64,000 bases of DNA from Lama glama (taxonomy: Eukaryota). Location of the stretch: positions 10,540,001 to 10,604,000 of the forward strand of contig CM052839.1 of the NCBI GenBank assembly GCA_028534125.1. The letters are read 5' to 3'. The notes beneath the pieces were generated by a model that was not told the origin of the DNA, made no database searches, and saw nothing but the letters and a program-made list of their open reading frames with translations. Both the position numbers and the translations under genes were made by a program. Below are positions 22,965 through 35,100 of this stretch, piece after piece; within the stretch, counting starts at the first letter, position 1, and each line of letters starts with the position of its first letter.

Positions 22965-25900
22965 CCGGCAGGGCAGGCCGCCAGGCAGGCAGGGCAGGGA
23001 TCAGAAGGGGCCTGGAGCGGAGCTTCCAGCCCTGTATGGCTCTCTTTCCCTTGTCCCCTCTGTAGGAGGTGGGGGTAGGCTGTGCCCAGAAAACCATACT
23101 CCTGGGACTCGGCCAGTGGCCTGGCACAGCGCGCTCAGACCCAGATCCAGAGCGATCACCCTCACTCTTCCAGGAGAGTCAGAGGGGAGCGAGGAGAGGG
23201 GCTAGGCCCCAGATTCACCCCGCCACCATCACTGACTCCCTTTCAGTCCCATATCCCCTCTCCGCATCCCGGGGGCTCAGCTGCAGTTTCTGTCAGCCAA
23301 GAGACCCTGGCCTGACCCTGGCCTTGAAGCTGCCTGGGCTGGAAGTGGCAAGTGGGTGCAGTCGATGGGCTGACTGAATAGGCTACTCGGTCTCATTCGT
23401 TTACCCATAACCGCATCACAGAAATCTTCTAGTGCCTATAAACTGCCTGCTCGCTCTCTCAGAGCCAGGGAGCTGCTGTGTCCATAAGCACAATAATGAT
23501 TCTCTTCTGCCTGCTGGAACTCTCTGGTCCCCACTGAGTGGCCCTTCCTCCGCTGACCCCCTCGGCCCCCAACCCTGGCCCTGTGTCCCTCCCCAGGCCC
23601 CAGGGTAGAGAGGGGTTCCCTTCCTTCAGCTGCCCCTCCACCTTTGGGACCGCCCCCTCCAGTCCCGGCTGGCTGCCCTGCCCACAAGACTTTGCCCCTC
23701 CCCTAGTCCTAGATTTCACCCCTGAGTTCTCTGGGGCTTTGCTCTAGCCCTCCCAGAAGAGAGTAGCAATGGGGTGCAGGGACGTTTGGGGTGCCCTCCC
23801 CAGCAACCTGATGATCTCCACACTTCCTCCAGGCCACTGCGTCTGACTCTGACCTGCCACTTGGGCCTGCCTTCCCCTGGTCTGCTCTTCTCCCAAGAGG
23901 CGTCTGCCAAAGGCCAGAGAGCAGTGGGTGGGGAGGGCCACTGTGATGCCCTGGGTCTCAGGGGCTCGCCATTCCCATTGCCCAGGGCTCCACCTGTCTC
24001 CCACCATGCACATCAGGCAGGACTGAGGCACTGGCTTCTGGAGAGGGGCAGCTCAGCCCCCAGTCAAAGAGGACCCGAGGCAGCTGTCCTGCACCTCGTG
24101 CACTCCTCTCTCCCAGTCACTGCCCCCCTGCTTGGCCCCTTCTTTGTTCAGAACTGGCTATCTCTGCCTGTTTCCCCTGCCCCCACCTCCCATCTTCCCG
24201 TAGTTCCATCCGTCTTTCCGGGCTGCTGTTTCTTCAGACCAGTGCCTCCTTTGGATCAAAGGGACAGAGACGCATTAGCAGGTGCAAATAATGGTACTCC
24301 AGGCTACTGGTCTGGTGGGTAACTGGGTAGGTCCCCAGTTGCTCCCCTGCAGGGGGCACTGGGGCATCATGGAGATCCATGCCCTCAGCTCTATCGGGGG
24401 GCTGCCCCTGCCAGCCCATTTCAGCCTCTTCTCTGCCTCCAACCTAGGGGTTGAGCAGGGTGTGACAGCCTCCTGGAGAGTAGACAGTCAACTAAGCAGC
24501 ATCCACTCCCTCAAGACCAGAGCCTGGGGGGAGAACAGGGGCTCCCCTGTTCTCAGGGCCAGGGTACCTCCCTGGGCTGGACCTGGGGGAATCAGTTTCA
24601 GACTACTGGGTGAAGGTGTGGCACTAAAAATGTGACTGTCGCCAGTCAGGCTCCAAAAGCAATGACTTTAAACTGGGATTTTAGATTTAAAAGGTTGGGG
24701 GAGGCTGGGAGAACTCCCCAGTATCAGCCCTGGGAATTTTTAATCTAATCCACAGAGAAATCAATTGACTGATTCCTCTAATTTATTCAAGAATTCCAAA
24801 GCTCTTGTTCCCCCGCTCTTCCCCGCAAGGCTTACCATCACACGAATCATGACAGGGTGATGAACAGAGCCCTCAGGCCCCCAGTGGGGTGGTGTTACTG
24901 GGACTGTGAGGCTGTGAGGACAGGGGTAATTCTCCGCTCTTTCTCCTTACAGATACATAAACCTTCTCAAGGGCTGGTCCCTAAGGGTTTATGAGAGTTT
25001 GATCCAGAAGGTGATGCTAAGAGGATTGGGTTGGAGGAAATCTACTCCTGGAAACAAGGGTGTGTCTCTCACAGCTGGTCCCTCCCACCCACTGCCCACT
25101 AATCCAGTCCCCGCCAATTCCTTCTAAGGCTGCCTGCTGGTGCGGAAAGAAAAGGACATGGGTGGGTGAGAATCCCCCCTCACATGTCTACAGACACATA
25201 CACCCAAACCAGAAATCTGATCTCATTCTGTGTCTGAAGCATCAATTCAGCACCAGGTCCCTCAGGACAACGCTTCTCCCCAGCCCTGTCTGTCTGTCTC
25301 AGGGGTTGTTTGATAGGCTCGATTCTAAAACATTTCTCACCCCACCGTTCCTGCTGTCCAGTTTAAAACTCCTTAACTGGGACACGGCAGTATCTCATCC
25401 ATGTTTGCAGACTAAGCAAGGCCACATTACCGGACAAGTTCTTGTAGCAGATAAGACAGTGCTCTGGGGCTGGAACCCAGATGTCCTAATTTCCAGCCCC
25501 ACCAAGCTGGTGGCCACTATCACACTTGGAAGGGCCAGCCCTTTCCCCACGAAGGAAGTCCCCCTCCCCAAAGCCTAAAGTTTCCCTCTGCTTATTTGAC
25601 TCTTAGTGTGAGTCTCCGTTGCTCTACTGGGAATGCACTGGGGTCCGCACAGGTTCTCAGCTGACCAACCTGGTTCTTGTCAGTTGGCTTGGCCTCAGAT
25701 GCAGTGAGGTTCTCAGTCTCTCACGCCCTCCCCCTTTCCTGTCTTGCTTCCTCCAGTTAACTCCTGGTTCCGTGAGTTCATAAACCACCAAGTCTTTCCC
25801 AAGAATTCCTTTAGTTCCCTAACCAGGCTTGTGCCCTCAGGGCTCCTCAGCGTCCTGGGTGATGGGTCTGCCTTCTAGAAAGTTTCAACCCTTCCCTTAA

Positions 25901-26744
25901 TTCAAATGTCTCCTCCCCTCTTTCCAATCTCACACCCTGAAATTGACCTCAATCTTCTTCCCCCTCATCTCCCTGGCCCTGCCCTTTCCTTCCATTTACC
26001 TCCCTCCCTCCCTAATTTCTTTTCCCTGGTCCTGCTCTACTCTCTAGTTCTAAAACGTAGAGCCCTCAATGCAAACAATCCGAGAACGAGACATTCTCTG
26101 GTCTCTCCTGACCCTATGAGATATCAGGGGCATGGTGGGTCAAAGATCAGCCTTGGTTCCTGCAGCTGGCCCGTCCCTAAAGCCCCTGCCCCAGCCTGCC
26201 ACCAGCCCAGAGGCTCCTGCTCTGGCCAAAGATTCATATCCTTGAGGGCTCTTGGCCACCTGTTGCACCTCCCTCACGCCTGTACTGCTTGTGTGTGTCA
26301 CACATCCCCCCTTGTCCCCAAAGACTAGAGAGCCTCATGACCCTCCAAGCACGAAGAAGTATCCATTCCAATAACCCCACCACCAAACAATCCATTTTCT
26401 TCAGAGATTCCTTGCCTGCCACCTGCCTTCTGTCCTCAGATTCCATCCACAGGCAACTGTGGACTTGACCCAAGTTCATCTGCAAGGCCTGACAATGACC
26501 TGGCCCCTGGAAAGCATCTGCTCTGTTCCTCCCATGTACCTTCCTCCCCCACCCTCCCCAAACCTGGGGAACTGCTCTGGAGTATTTTCAAGGAAGCTCA
26601 TTGTGTTTTAATGAAGTATTTTTCAGGGTTCCTATGTTATTATTATTATTTTTATAAATGCAGCATTTTAGTGACAGATTTGATATGAAAGCTATGTCTT
26701 CCTGGGCTCTATATTTGATTTCAGAAGGAAGCATACTACAGGAG

Positions 26745-26910
26745 GGGAAAAAAGCACAGGCCTGAGGCTCTTGGAGACGCGGCTTCGGCCCCGGCTATAT
26801 CTCCGTCTTGCCATGTGACCGAGGACAAGCCACGTTCTCCCTCAGCACCTCTGTTTCCCACCTGTAACATGAAGGGCTTTGACCAGACAGTTCTGAAGTT
26901 TCATCCAGCT
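26745..26910 (+). mobile_element. MIR relic inside the SHISA6 3' UTR
   Basis: ccatgtgaccgaggacaagccacgttctccctcagcacctctgtttcccacctgtaacatg. Confidence 0.6.
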
Positions 26911-28194
26911 CTTATACATAGGGCTTCCATTCCCCATTGGCACTCCCTCCTCTCTGTTCCTCCCCACCTCAACTGGGCTACACACATCCCATTTACATCT
27001 AACCCATGGCGATATTCTCAGATGCTGTAGGCAGCCGCCAGACTCCTCCCCAGATCCTAGGGGTGGGCCCCATGGTCACGGCCACCCAGGGATGCTCTCC
27101 TGTCTGAAGGTGTAAGGGCCTACCCATTCAGTAAGGTTACCAACCATGTGTCATGGAAGCCCTCTCATAAAGACATCTAAATCATCTTGGGTGTCTGTAT
27201 CATTGGGGAATTCTGACGTTTTCATCTTGATGTGGTCCTTAAAGCTGGAGGGAGGTGGTTCTGATTTCAGAGAGGGGACAGGCTGGAGGAGAAAGGTCCA
27301 GAGGTTGGCCCACAACAGCATGAAGTTTGTATTTTAGAGCAGCTTGGAGATGCATTCCAAGCCACAGAGAAGGCACGGTAGAGGCTCTGCGGGGCAACAG
27401 ATGTTATATCCCCCTCCAGAACCTGTGTCTGGACACTGGGCTCCTTCTGGAGGAGGGGCAGGCATTACCCCCTGGGCTGCTAAGAGGTGGGCTCCCACCC
27501 CATCCTCGTACCTTTCCAGCCCCTCCTTGTGACACTACCATCCTCCCGGTGAAAGCTTCTGAAGCCGGAATTGAGAGTCCAAGTCAGTATCATTGAACAC
27601 ATCTTATAAATCGGCAACCACACCCGCCGTCCATCAGGCAGAGAAATGACGTCATATGTTCCCTTAACACCCTTCCTCCGTTGGGAGAGGAAGACCCCTG
27701 CTCAACCTTGCTGCCCACTCCTGCTGTGACCCTTGAATGCCACTCCATGGGAGGACTCATTCACTTGCTTCGTAGTGGCAAATATTCCTCTAGTTCTATA
27801 ACTCAACTAGACATTTTGTAGTAAAGAATTCTTGAAATTCTCTAATAAAAAAAAGCAATTCTTACTGTAAGATTTTTAGTTTGGGGACACAATTTCCTAA
27901 GGGGGGGGATTAATGAACATTTTTATGCATTAGCCCAATTTATGGATTCCATGTTTATTATATATGGTAGTACTGATGAAAAGTACCTTTCTATCGGTTC
28001 CTTTGCACAGTTTCTTCATCTCTCATAAGTAAGCTTCATGATGAGCAGCACCCCCGGAACTGCTGCTTCTGTACAAATCTCATTGTTCTACTTACCTGTC
28101 AAAGCACATTCTGTATGTACTGTAAACCAGTATCACTTTAGTAAGATTTAGTCTTAAGGATTTTTCCACTTTTGTCAGTAACAGATATTTATGG

Positions 28195-28209
28195 ATTAAA
28201 AAAAATAAA
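28195..28209 (+). terminator. SHISA6: Probable distal polyadenylation signal of SHISA6 (ATTAAA 28195-28200, AATAAA 28204-28209); alternative AATAAA at 27844-27849
   Basis: Hexamers are present, preceded by several TGTA (CFIm-type) elements at about 28069-28124. Confidence 0.65.
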
Positions 28210-31200
28210 GCCGTTTCAACATAACCTATGTCTCTTAAAACAGCCACGTGCTTACTCCTACAAACACTAGAGCCAAAAACTAAAGGTAATTAAAAATCAC
28301 GATAAAGGGTGTAGTAGATCACTGGAGATGGGAGGAGAAACAGGGATGGACTGCAAATGGGAATGAGGGAACTTTTAGGGTGATGGAAGCATTGCAAAAC
28401 TGGATTATGGTGATGCCCACAAATGTAAAAATTTACTAAAAGTCATCAAAATGTATACTATAATGGGTGAATTGTATGATATGCAAATCAGACCTTAATA
28501 ATGCTTTAAAAATGGTGAACAAAAGGAATATAGGAAGGTAGGCTTAGAGCAAGTGCCAGTAGGTAAGATGGAGCAACTCAGCAGAATCACAAGTTACAAC
28601 CTTGCATCCACACTCGTCTACTCGAGTACCATTACTCTGGGGCATTAGGACTCAGTCTGGTCTTAGAGTTAGCTCCTGAAGTTGCCGTGGGTGACTAGAG
28701 CACAGGTGGTTAATTTTAACCTGCCATTTTAACCAGGGAATCAGGTTGCACTGTGAAAACTGATTTAGATTTGGAGTCTTGCACAAGACCCTCTTTCTTT
28801 GGATTCATCTGTTATATGTTATTTTCTTTGGCTCGTATTCCCTTTTGTTGCTAAGGTCATCTGCTGTTCTGTGTTTCTGAGTTTTCACCACAACCTAGAT
28901 ACCAGTGGGCTCTGCTTCAGCGAACAAAGTGCTGCCAACAGGACCCGGTCTTCTGCTCACTTCTCACTGCCAGCGTTGACAGGACCCACAGGCAGTTACA
29001 CTCTCTTACCAACTGACCGACTCTCTTGTGATTAAAGCCCTTCTCATTGGATGTGTTGAGCTTGTATTCAAAATCCTTTTATTATCACCTACCAAGAGCA
29101 TTCTTTACCTAGGGCAAAGTTACAGACTCGTTTATTGTTCTAATACACAATGACACATAACCACGCGTAGTCTGAAATGTGTTACTCACTACAACCACCA
29201 TTACTACAGCGAGGTGCTTCTAAGTCATAGTGGTTCTAACCCACGATGACTCACAGCAAATACACACACATTATGAGTACAGCAAAGCTTTGTTAATCTA
29301 TGTTCATCATTGGAAAAAAACTCAAGGGAAGACAAAATTCCGAACTGGTGAATTTTTTTAAAAGAAATGTAATTTAATTACAAGGCTTATACATATAATG
29401 GCTAAATTAGACTAGAAACATGTTTTTTAAAAGAAAAATCACAGGTGACCTTCCTTATTGATAGGAAAAAAATCACATGTAATTAATATAAAAATGGTCA
29501 AGGGGCATGAGTCAGAGAGTTCTGAACATGCTTAAAATGATGTTTCAAGGATTCTTCTCTTAAACAGGCTAAACATCCACCTTTAAATATCATTAACTCT
29601 AACAATTTGTTCAGCTTTTCCTCTTTGCTTCTCAAAGGTAAACCTCAGTTTAGCTCCTGTCACAGTTGTCACTAATTCCAAATTGCTGAGGTCTATAAAA
29701 ATGAGGTCTTAGTATAGCATCATTCACAAGCCAAGGTTAGAGAAAACTCTTGTTGGAAGCATTGAGATACCAAGGGTCTCGGACAGCTTTTTCCCTTCAA
29801 TGTCACTCTGGACACTGATCTTTCTCCTCTCTGGCTGAGCATGAAGGAAGCCTCTAGGGAAGAGTAAGAAGGATTCTTCTTCAAGAGTCTAAGGAGAAGA
29901 CCAAGGACACTTAGTGTCTAGGCTGCAAATGAGTCAAGAGGGAAAATCAGAAAGAGCAGAGGTTGAAATGAATGCTTTGAAAGTTCCAGGATGAGTGAAT
30001 CAGTAACTTTTATACAGGAATGTGTTGGCCAGTGTCACCTCTGCGTCTTGGTGTCCTCATCTGTGAAAGCTGGGATATTAGATGAAAAAACAAAACAAAA
30101 CCCATGTCTGATATAGCTTATCACTGAATTATCACAACACAATACTCAAATTTTATTTGGGCTTCTAGGTAGCAGAATGAACTTGTGACTAACTCACCCT
30201 CGGCCTTGCCCATCTCAACTTCCCCATCCCATGAGACTAGGATGCAGTCAAAGAGTATTGGACTGGGTAACAGAAGATCTTGTTCATTGTACCGGCTCTG
30301 CCAGCATCTTGTTGGCAGATGACTTTGAAAGACATATTTCTCCTCTTCAAATCTCAGTGTTCTCATCTGAAACAAGAGTGGGCCAGGCCACTCTGAATCT
30401 CTAAAATGCTTCTCATCTTTTTTAGTCTCTGCTTCTGTGACTTTGTCAAGACCTTTGCAGGGAGTTGGTAAGTTCAGCTAGTACTGGTCCTGGCAGAATG
30501 GTAGAGTGGGAGAGTAGAGTGATGGGAGGACAGGGGGGACCCCTTGGCAGGAGCCCGTCACTTATAAGGTAGCATTTTCCCAGTTATAAGCATGGCTACC
30601 CTGTGTCAACAAGATGGTTATAGAGGAAGAATGTGGTCCTTAGAAAACTGCCTGTTCTGCTTAACTTAAATTTTTGTGATTTCCCAAAATCAATAACTTG
30701 TCTATTAAAAAAAATTCCACAGAAGGCATTTTCACAGAAAGGTCTCAACAGTTCATTATTTCTCTGTGTTTGCCTGTAGATAGAGAGCTCAAATGTGTGT
30801 TTCAGGACCAGGGCGCTCTCCACGAAGAGGAGAGATGTTGTTTTGCCTCCAGCTTCAATCTCAACTCTAAGTCCATGTGTCAAGTGTAGAATATTGGGAC
30901 CATTGCTCTCATTCCCAATTATGTGTACCCTAATCATGCTTTCTTAGACCATTTATAAGAGCTACTTCTGCTGGTTCATCATGGCAACCATGGAGCAGAC
31001 CTGCCCTGCTACTCAAAGGATATTACTCTATACATTGGTCTTCACTTCAGACTTGGAGAGAACAAAATACTGCCGTCTAACCCAGTGTGACCACGAAGCA
31101 GCAACATCAGTACCCGTGGCAGCTCACTGCAATGCACATTTCCAGTCCCTACCCTAGACTTAACTGAATCAGCGTCCCTGGGGGTGGGACCCCAGAATTT

Positions 31201-31408
31201 GCCTTTTAACAAGATCCCTAGGTGACTCTATACACATTAAAGTTTGAAAAGCACATCATTCTGCATTTTACTTTCCGTTTTGAAAGCCTATAATCCTATG
31301 ATAATAAAGATCTGGAATTCAGAGGAACAGAGCAGCCTTGATCTATGTAGCCAAATAAATTTAGGCAACCAGCTTCAGTGAGGAGGTTAGAACAAAAATG
31401 AGTTCACA

Positions 31409-31563
31409 CAAGGATTTACTGTATAACACAGGGAACTGTATTCAGTATCTTGTAACAACCTATGATGGAAAATAATCTGAAAAAATATATATATATAACT
31501 GAAACACTTTGCTGTATACCTGAAACTAACACAATAATGTACATTAACTATAATTCGATTTTT
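31409..31563 (+). mobile_element. Short L1 3' end with TSD
   Basis: caaggatttactgtataacacagggaactgtattcagtatcttgtaacaacctat...cctgaaactaacacaat. TSD AAAAATGAGTTCACA (31394-31408) / AAAAATGATTTTACA (31564-31578). Confidence 0.8.
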
Positions 31564-32994
31564 AAAAATGATTTTACAGAGAATTAAGTATTTAGGAAAT
31601 GAGAAAGCTGAGGCAGGGTGTATAAACTATCTGTAGGAAATTTTAATAGGAGAGAAAATGTGTGATTATTAGAAGGCATCATAAGGTTGGATAAGAATTT
31701 TTAAATTTCAAAGCACAAACCTCAGTGTGTTAACATCTGAAGAGAAAGGAGAATCAGGCAAGGATGGGGACCCAGAACAAGATCCATTCCCTTGGGTGTG
31801 GGAGGAGCACAGGGGGAGGGAGAGCCGCCTCTCTGAAACTTCGAGGGAAAGCAAGATGGCGGCCATTGTGAAATAAGGAGAGGGGCTGCTCAGGGACGTT
31901 CCCCTGGAAGGTCTCAGTCTTCTTGGTAACGGGTGATGCAGAGTCACTGCATCAGGCAGGATAGGCTGGATTCTGCTATGGTGATAAACAACTCTCCAAT
32001 CTCCTTAAAGCGTCAAAGGATTATTTTTTACACCCCTCTGTTGTAGATCAGCTGGGGCCTCCATTGCACTTCCCATCCTTACCTAAGGGCTCAGAGACAG
32101 CTGAAGCCCCATGATCTGTCACATTGACTCCCACCACGGCAGAGGAAAAAGACAACTCTAGAGGGTCTGGCCAGGACAATTTAGTGGCAGCTAGAGGTGA
32201 CACATATCCCTTCTGCTCTCATCTTCTTGACCAGAGCTGGCTACACAGTCCCATCCCACCCGAGGGGAGCCAGGAAGTATGGTTCTATGATGTTCCACTT
32301 GGACAAGGAGCGGGAACCAACCAGGGAGTAGCACCGTGACCACCGCAGCTGTCATGCTGTGCTGAGGGCCACAGACTGGGAATTCACAGAGGCAAACGGC
32401 CCCTCCCCTCTCACTGTAGCAAAACCATCCAAATGTTCTCATTTTATAAAGCAGGTGAAACTTTTCTGCAGTCAATTTATTCTCTACAGAGCCAGTGATG
32501 TCCATATCCATCTCAGATTGGTGAGTAGATGTCTTAATCAGAAGTCATATGGTAACAAGAAAGAAAAATGCACTGAAATTAGTTGAGGCAAAAAATGAGA
32601 ATACTATTAATAATAAAAATGATTATCATTAAATGAATAATTAAATATAATAATAGATATCATTATTATCATCATCATTATTTGACATAAAAGCATCACA
32701 CAGGTCTAAGTCCTGAATGTATAACCGGGCCTCTCCAAAGTGAAGAAGCTGAAAGTCATCCAAAACCATGACAATACTCTTTCCCTATCTCATTTCCTTC
32801 TCTCTACAAAGCTCTGTTCCTCTTGTGCGTGGTTCCTTTCACACATGGTTGAACCTGACTAAAATGACACCTTTAGCAATTGAGTCTGCATCATCTGCCA
32901 GGCCTAACCCCTATGGCTAGCTGACACAGTCTCTCTGTGCCTCAATTCCAAAATTCCTGGGAGGAAATTTGAAAATCTCTATAACTCTCCCCTT

Positions 32995-33550
32995 GTATAT
33001 CAGTTATCTATTTCTGCATGATAAAGCACCCCAAATTTAATAGCACAAACAAGAACAATTATTTACTGCTGTAATCACTCATGATTCTGAGGGTTGTCTG
33101 AGCTCATCCTTCTCACTCAGGGTCCCTTATGTGGTTGCAGTCAGATGGTGGCTGGGACCGGAGTCATCTCCAAGGTTTCCTCACTCACATGTCTGGCTGT
33201 TATGCTAGTTGTTGGCTGGGACCTCAACAGGGGCTATCGACTGGAACTCTTAGCTGCATCCTCTCCATGTGGCTGGGCCTTCCTTACCATATGGCAGCTG
33301 GTATCTGGAGATAGGAAGAAAGGGAGTGGGCAAAGGGGAGAGGCTGAGAGAGTGAGCCAGGTAAAGCTGTATCATCTCACGTGAAGTAGCCTTAGAAGTC
33401 ACACAGTCCACTCTCTGAGTCTTGAAGTTCTGTCCAGGTTCAAGAGGAGGGGCAAGGACTCCACTGTCTGAAGCGAGTGTAGCAAGGTTTCATTGTAAGG
33501 AAAGCATGTTGATGGAAGATGCTGCTATGGCCATCTTTGCAATCTGCTGC
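32995..33550 (-). mobile_element. MaLR LTR (MLT1F/G/H-like), within a cluster of MLT1 relics at ~31950-33550
   Basis: tgtatatcagttatctatttctgcatgataaagcaccccaaattta...ctctccatgtggctgggccttccttaccatatggcagctgg. Confidence 0.7.
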
Positions 33551-34749
33551 TCTTTGGGTCAAGGGTCTATCCCTGGTCCCACATCTGCAGTCAGGTAACC
33601 TTGGACCACATACTCCAAATAGCTGCAATTTTCTATCCCTGGAGTTGTAGGCAATTTTCTGAGAATGGAGTGTAGGATGAGCCTATATATTGAGCAGTGT
33701 CTTTACAGTGGGACATCCTTGAAGTACGGAGAAAGCATCCCATGAACAAAGCATCTGCTGTTTAGTTCCAACCTCAGGACTCCAGAGAAGACAGTGAACA
33801 GGACAGGATAATAGTGGATTCTGTGAAATTGCATTAAAATATTTCCTGACCATAGGGTGATGATTTTAAACTGGTGGGTTTTTTCCCCCTTTCCTTCTAC
33901 CTCGACTCTTTCCCCCACCAGTCCTAACAGCAGTAACCCTCCATCTCTCTGACCCTAGCGAAACAATAGAGACCAAAGGAAGAAATCTTCGTTCCACTTT
34001 GACTTTCAAAATTGACTTTTGTCAGGCTCACAGTAGCAAAAATTGTCATGTCATTGCAAGAGCCACAGAGTGGAAAGAGAAAGTGTTTTCAAGGATATTG
34101 AAAGCTGACCTTTGACTATCAATGAGCCAAGCTTGATAAGAAACCAGAGTGGATTGCGTATAGAAGGTGGTGAAAGAGTACCTTCCTGCTATGCAGGACA
34201 GAGAGAACTACCCTCCTGTGCTGAGAGGAGAAATTCAGGGAGAATCAGAGAAGAAACAAGAGAGTAAGACATATGTATTTTTGAGAGAGCCCTGGCCCTG
34301 ATCATCACCACAGAGTGGGCTCGGATGGATGGAGAAGGAGAGGAGGAGGACACTAGAACCCCCCAGATAGATTGGAGGACCTGAGGGCAGAATGGACTTC
34401 TGCTCAGCTTCCTAACTAGGACTCTGGGAGGGAAATTCCTGATGAATGTTTCACGCCAACATATGGCAGGTACAGCAGCATGGAAATGGTAACGAGACAG
34501 ATCTCCACAGGGCAAGCCCTTCCCCGAGCTTGACCGCCAGGCTCCCAGCCCCTAAGAGATACTCAGGTGACAATGAGTGACCTGGCTAGGAATCTGACGG
34601 ATATCTCTGAAGACTGGGAATCTCAGGGCTCAAAGCCATAGAGGACCACCATTACAGAGAAAGGAAGACAAGTGATATCTGCGTATCTGTGTTACGGCCG
34701 TAAATTCTATGGCTGGTGCACCCATATCTGAGACCTAACGTCTTTCAAG

Positions 34750-35100
34750 AGCGGTTCCAAGCTTTTCAGTCCTAGTACCTCTTCACACTCTTAAAAACTA
34801 CTGAGGACCCCAAAGAGCTTTTGCTTGGGTAGAACATCTGTATACATTTACTATACTATAAATAAAAACGGAGACCATTAATAATTTATGTACCAAACCA
34901 TTTTAAAATAAAAAACAATAAGCCCATGATGTGTCAACACGAAGAACATATTTTTATGAGAAATAAGACTTCTTTCCCAAAAATATTGTAAGAGTGGAGT
35001 TATTTCACTCTTGTGCAAATTTCTTTCATGTCTGGCTAATTGAAAGATGACTAGACTTTGATATGTGCTTCTGCAGTTAGTCTGTTGCAGTGTCACACTT
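34750..35100. mobile_element. hAT-type DNA transposon fragment, apparently nested in an older LTR-like relic (~33900-35420)
   Basis: cacactcttaaaaactactgaggaccccaaagagcttttg is a recognisable hAT MER terminus; exact family not certain. Confidence 0.55.

Larger units (their letters stand above)
22965..28230 (+). other. SHISA6: SHISA6 long 3' UTR (end approximate)
   Basis: Largely repeat-poor sequence after the stop codon, ending in an AU-rich segment with poly(A) signals at 27844 and 28195/28204. An L1 relic begins just downstream. Confidence 0.7.

Noticed and set aside
22962-22970. Stop-codon read-through that would mask the SHISA6 PDZ motif
   Set aside because: The context is TGA CCG, not the known TGA CTAG read-through motif.
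23774-25578. ORFs of 182 aa and 172 aa in the SHISA6 3' UTR
   Set aside because: Non-ATG starts, no domain similarity, and expected by chance in GC-rich UTR.
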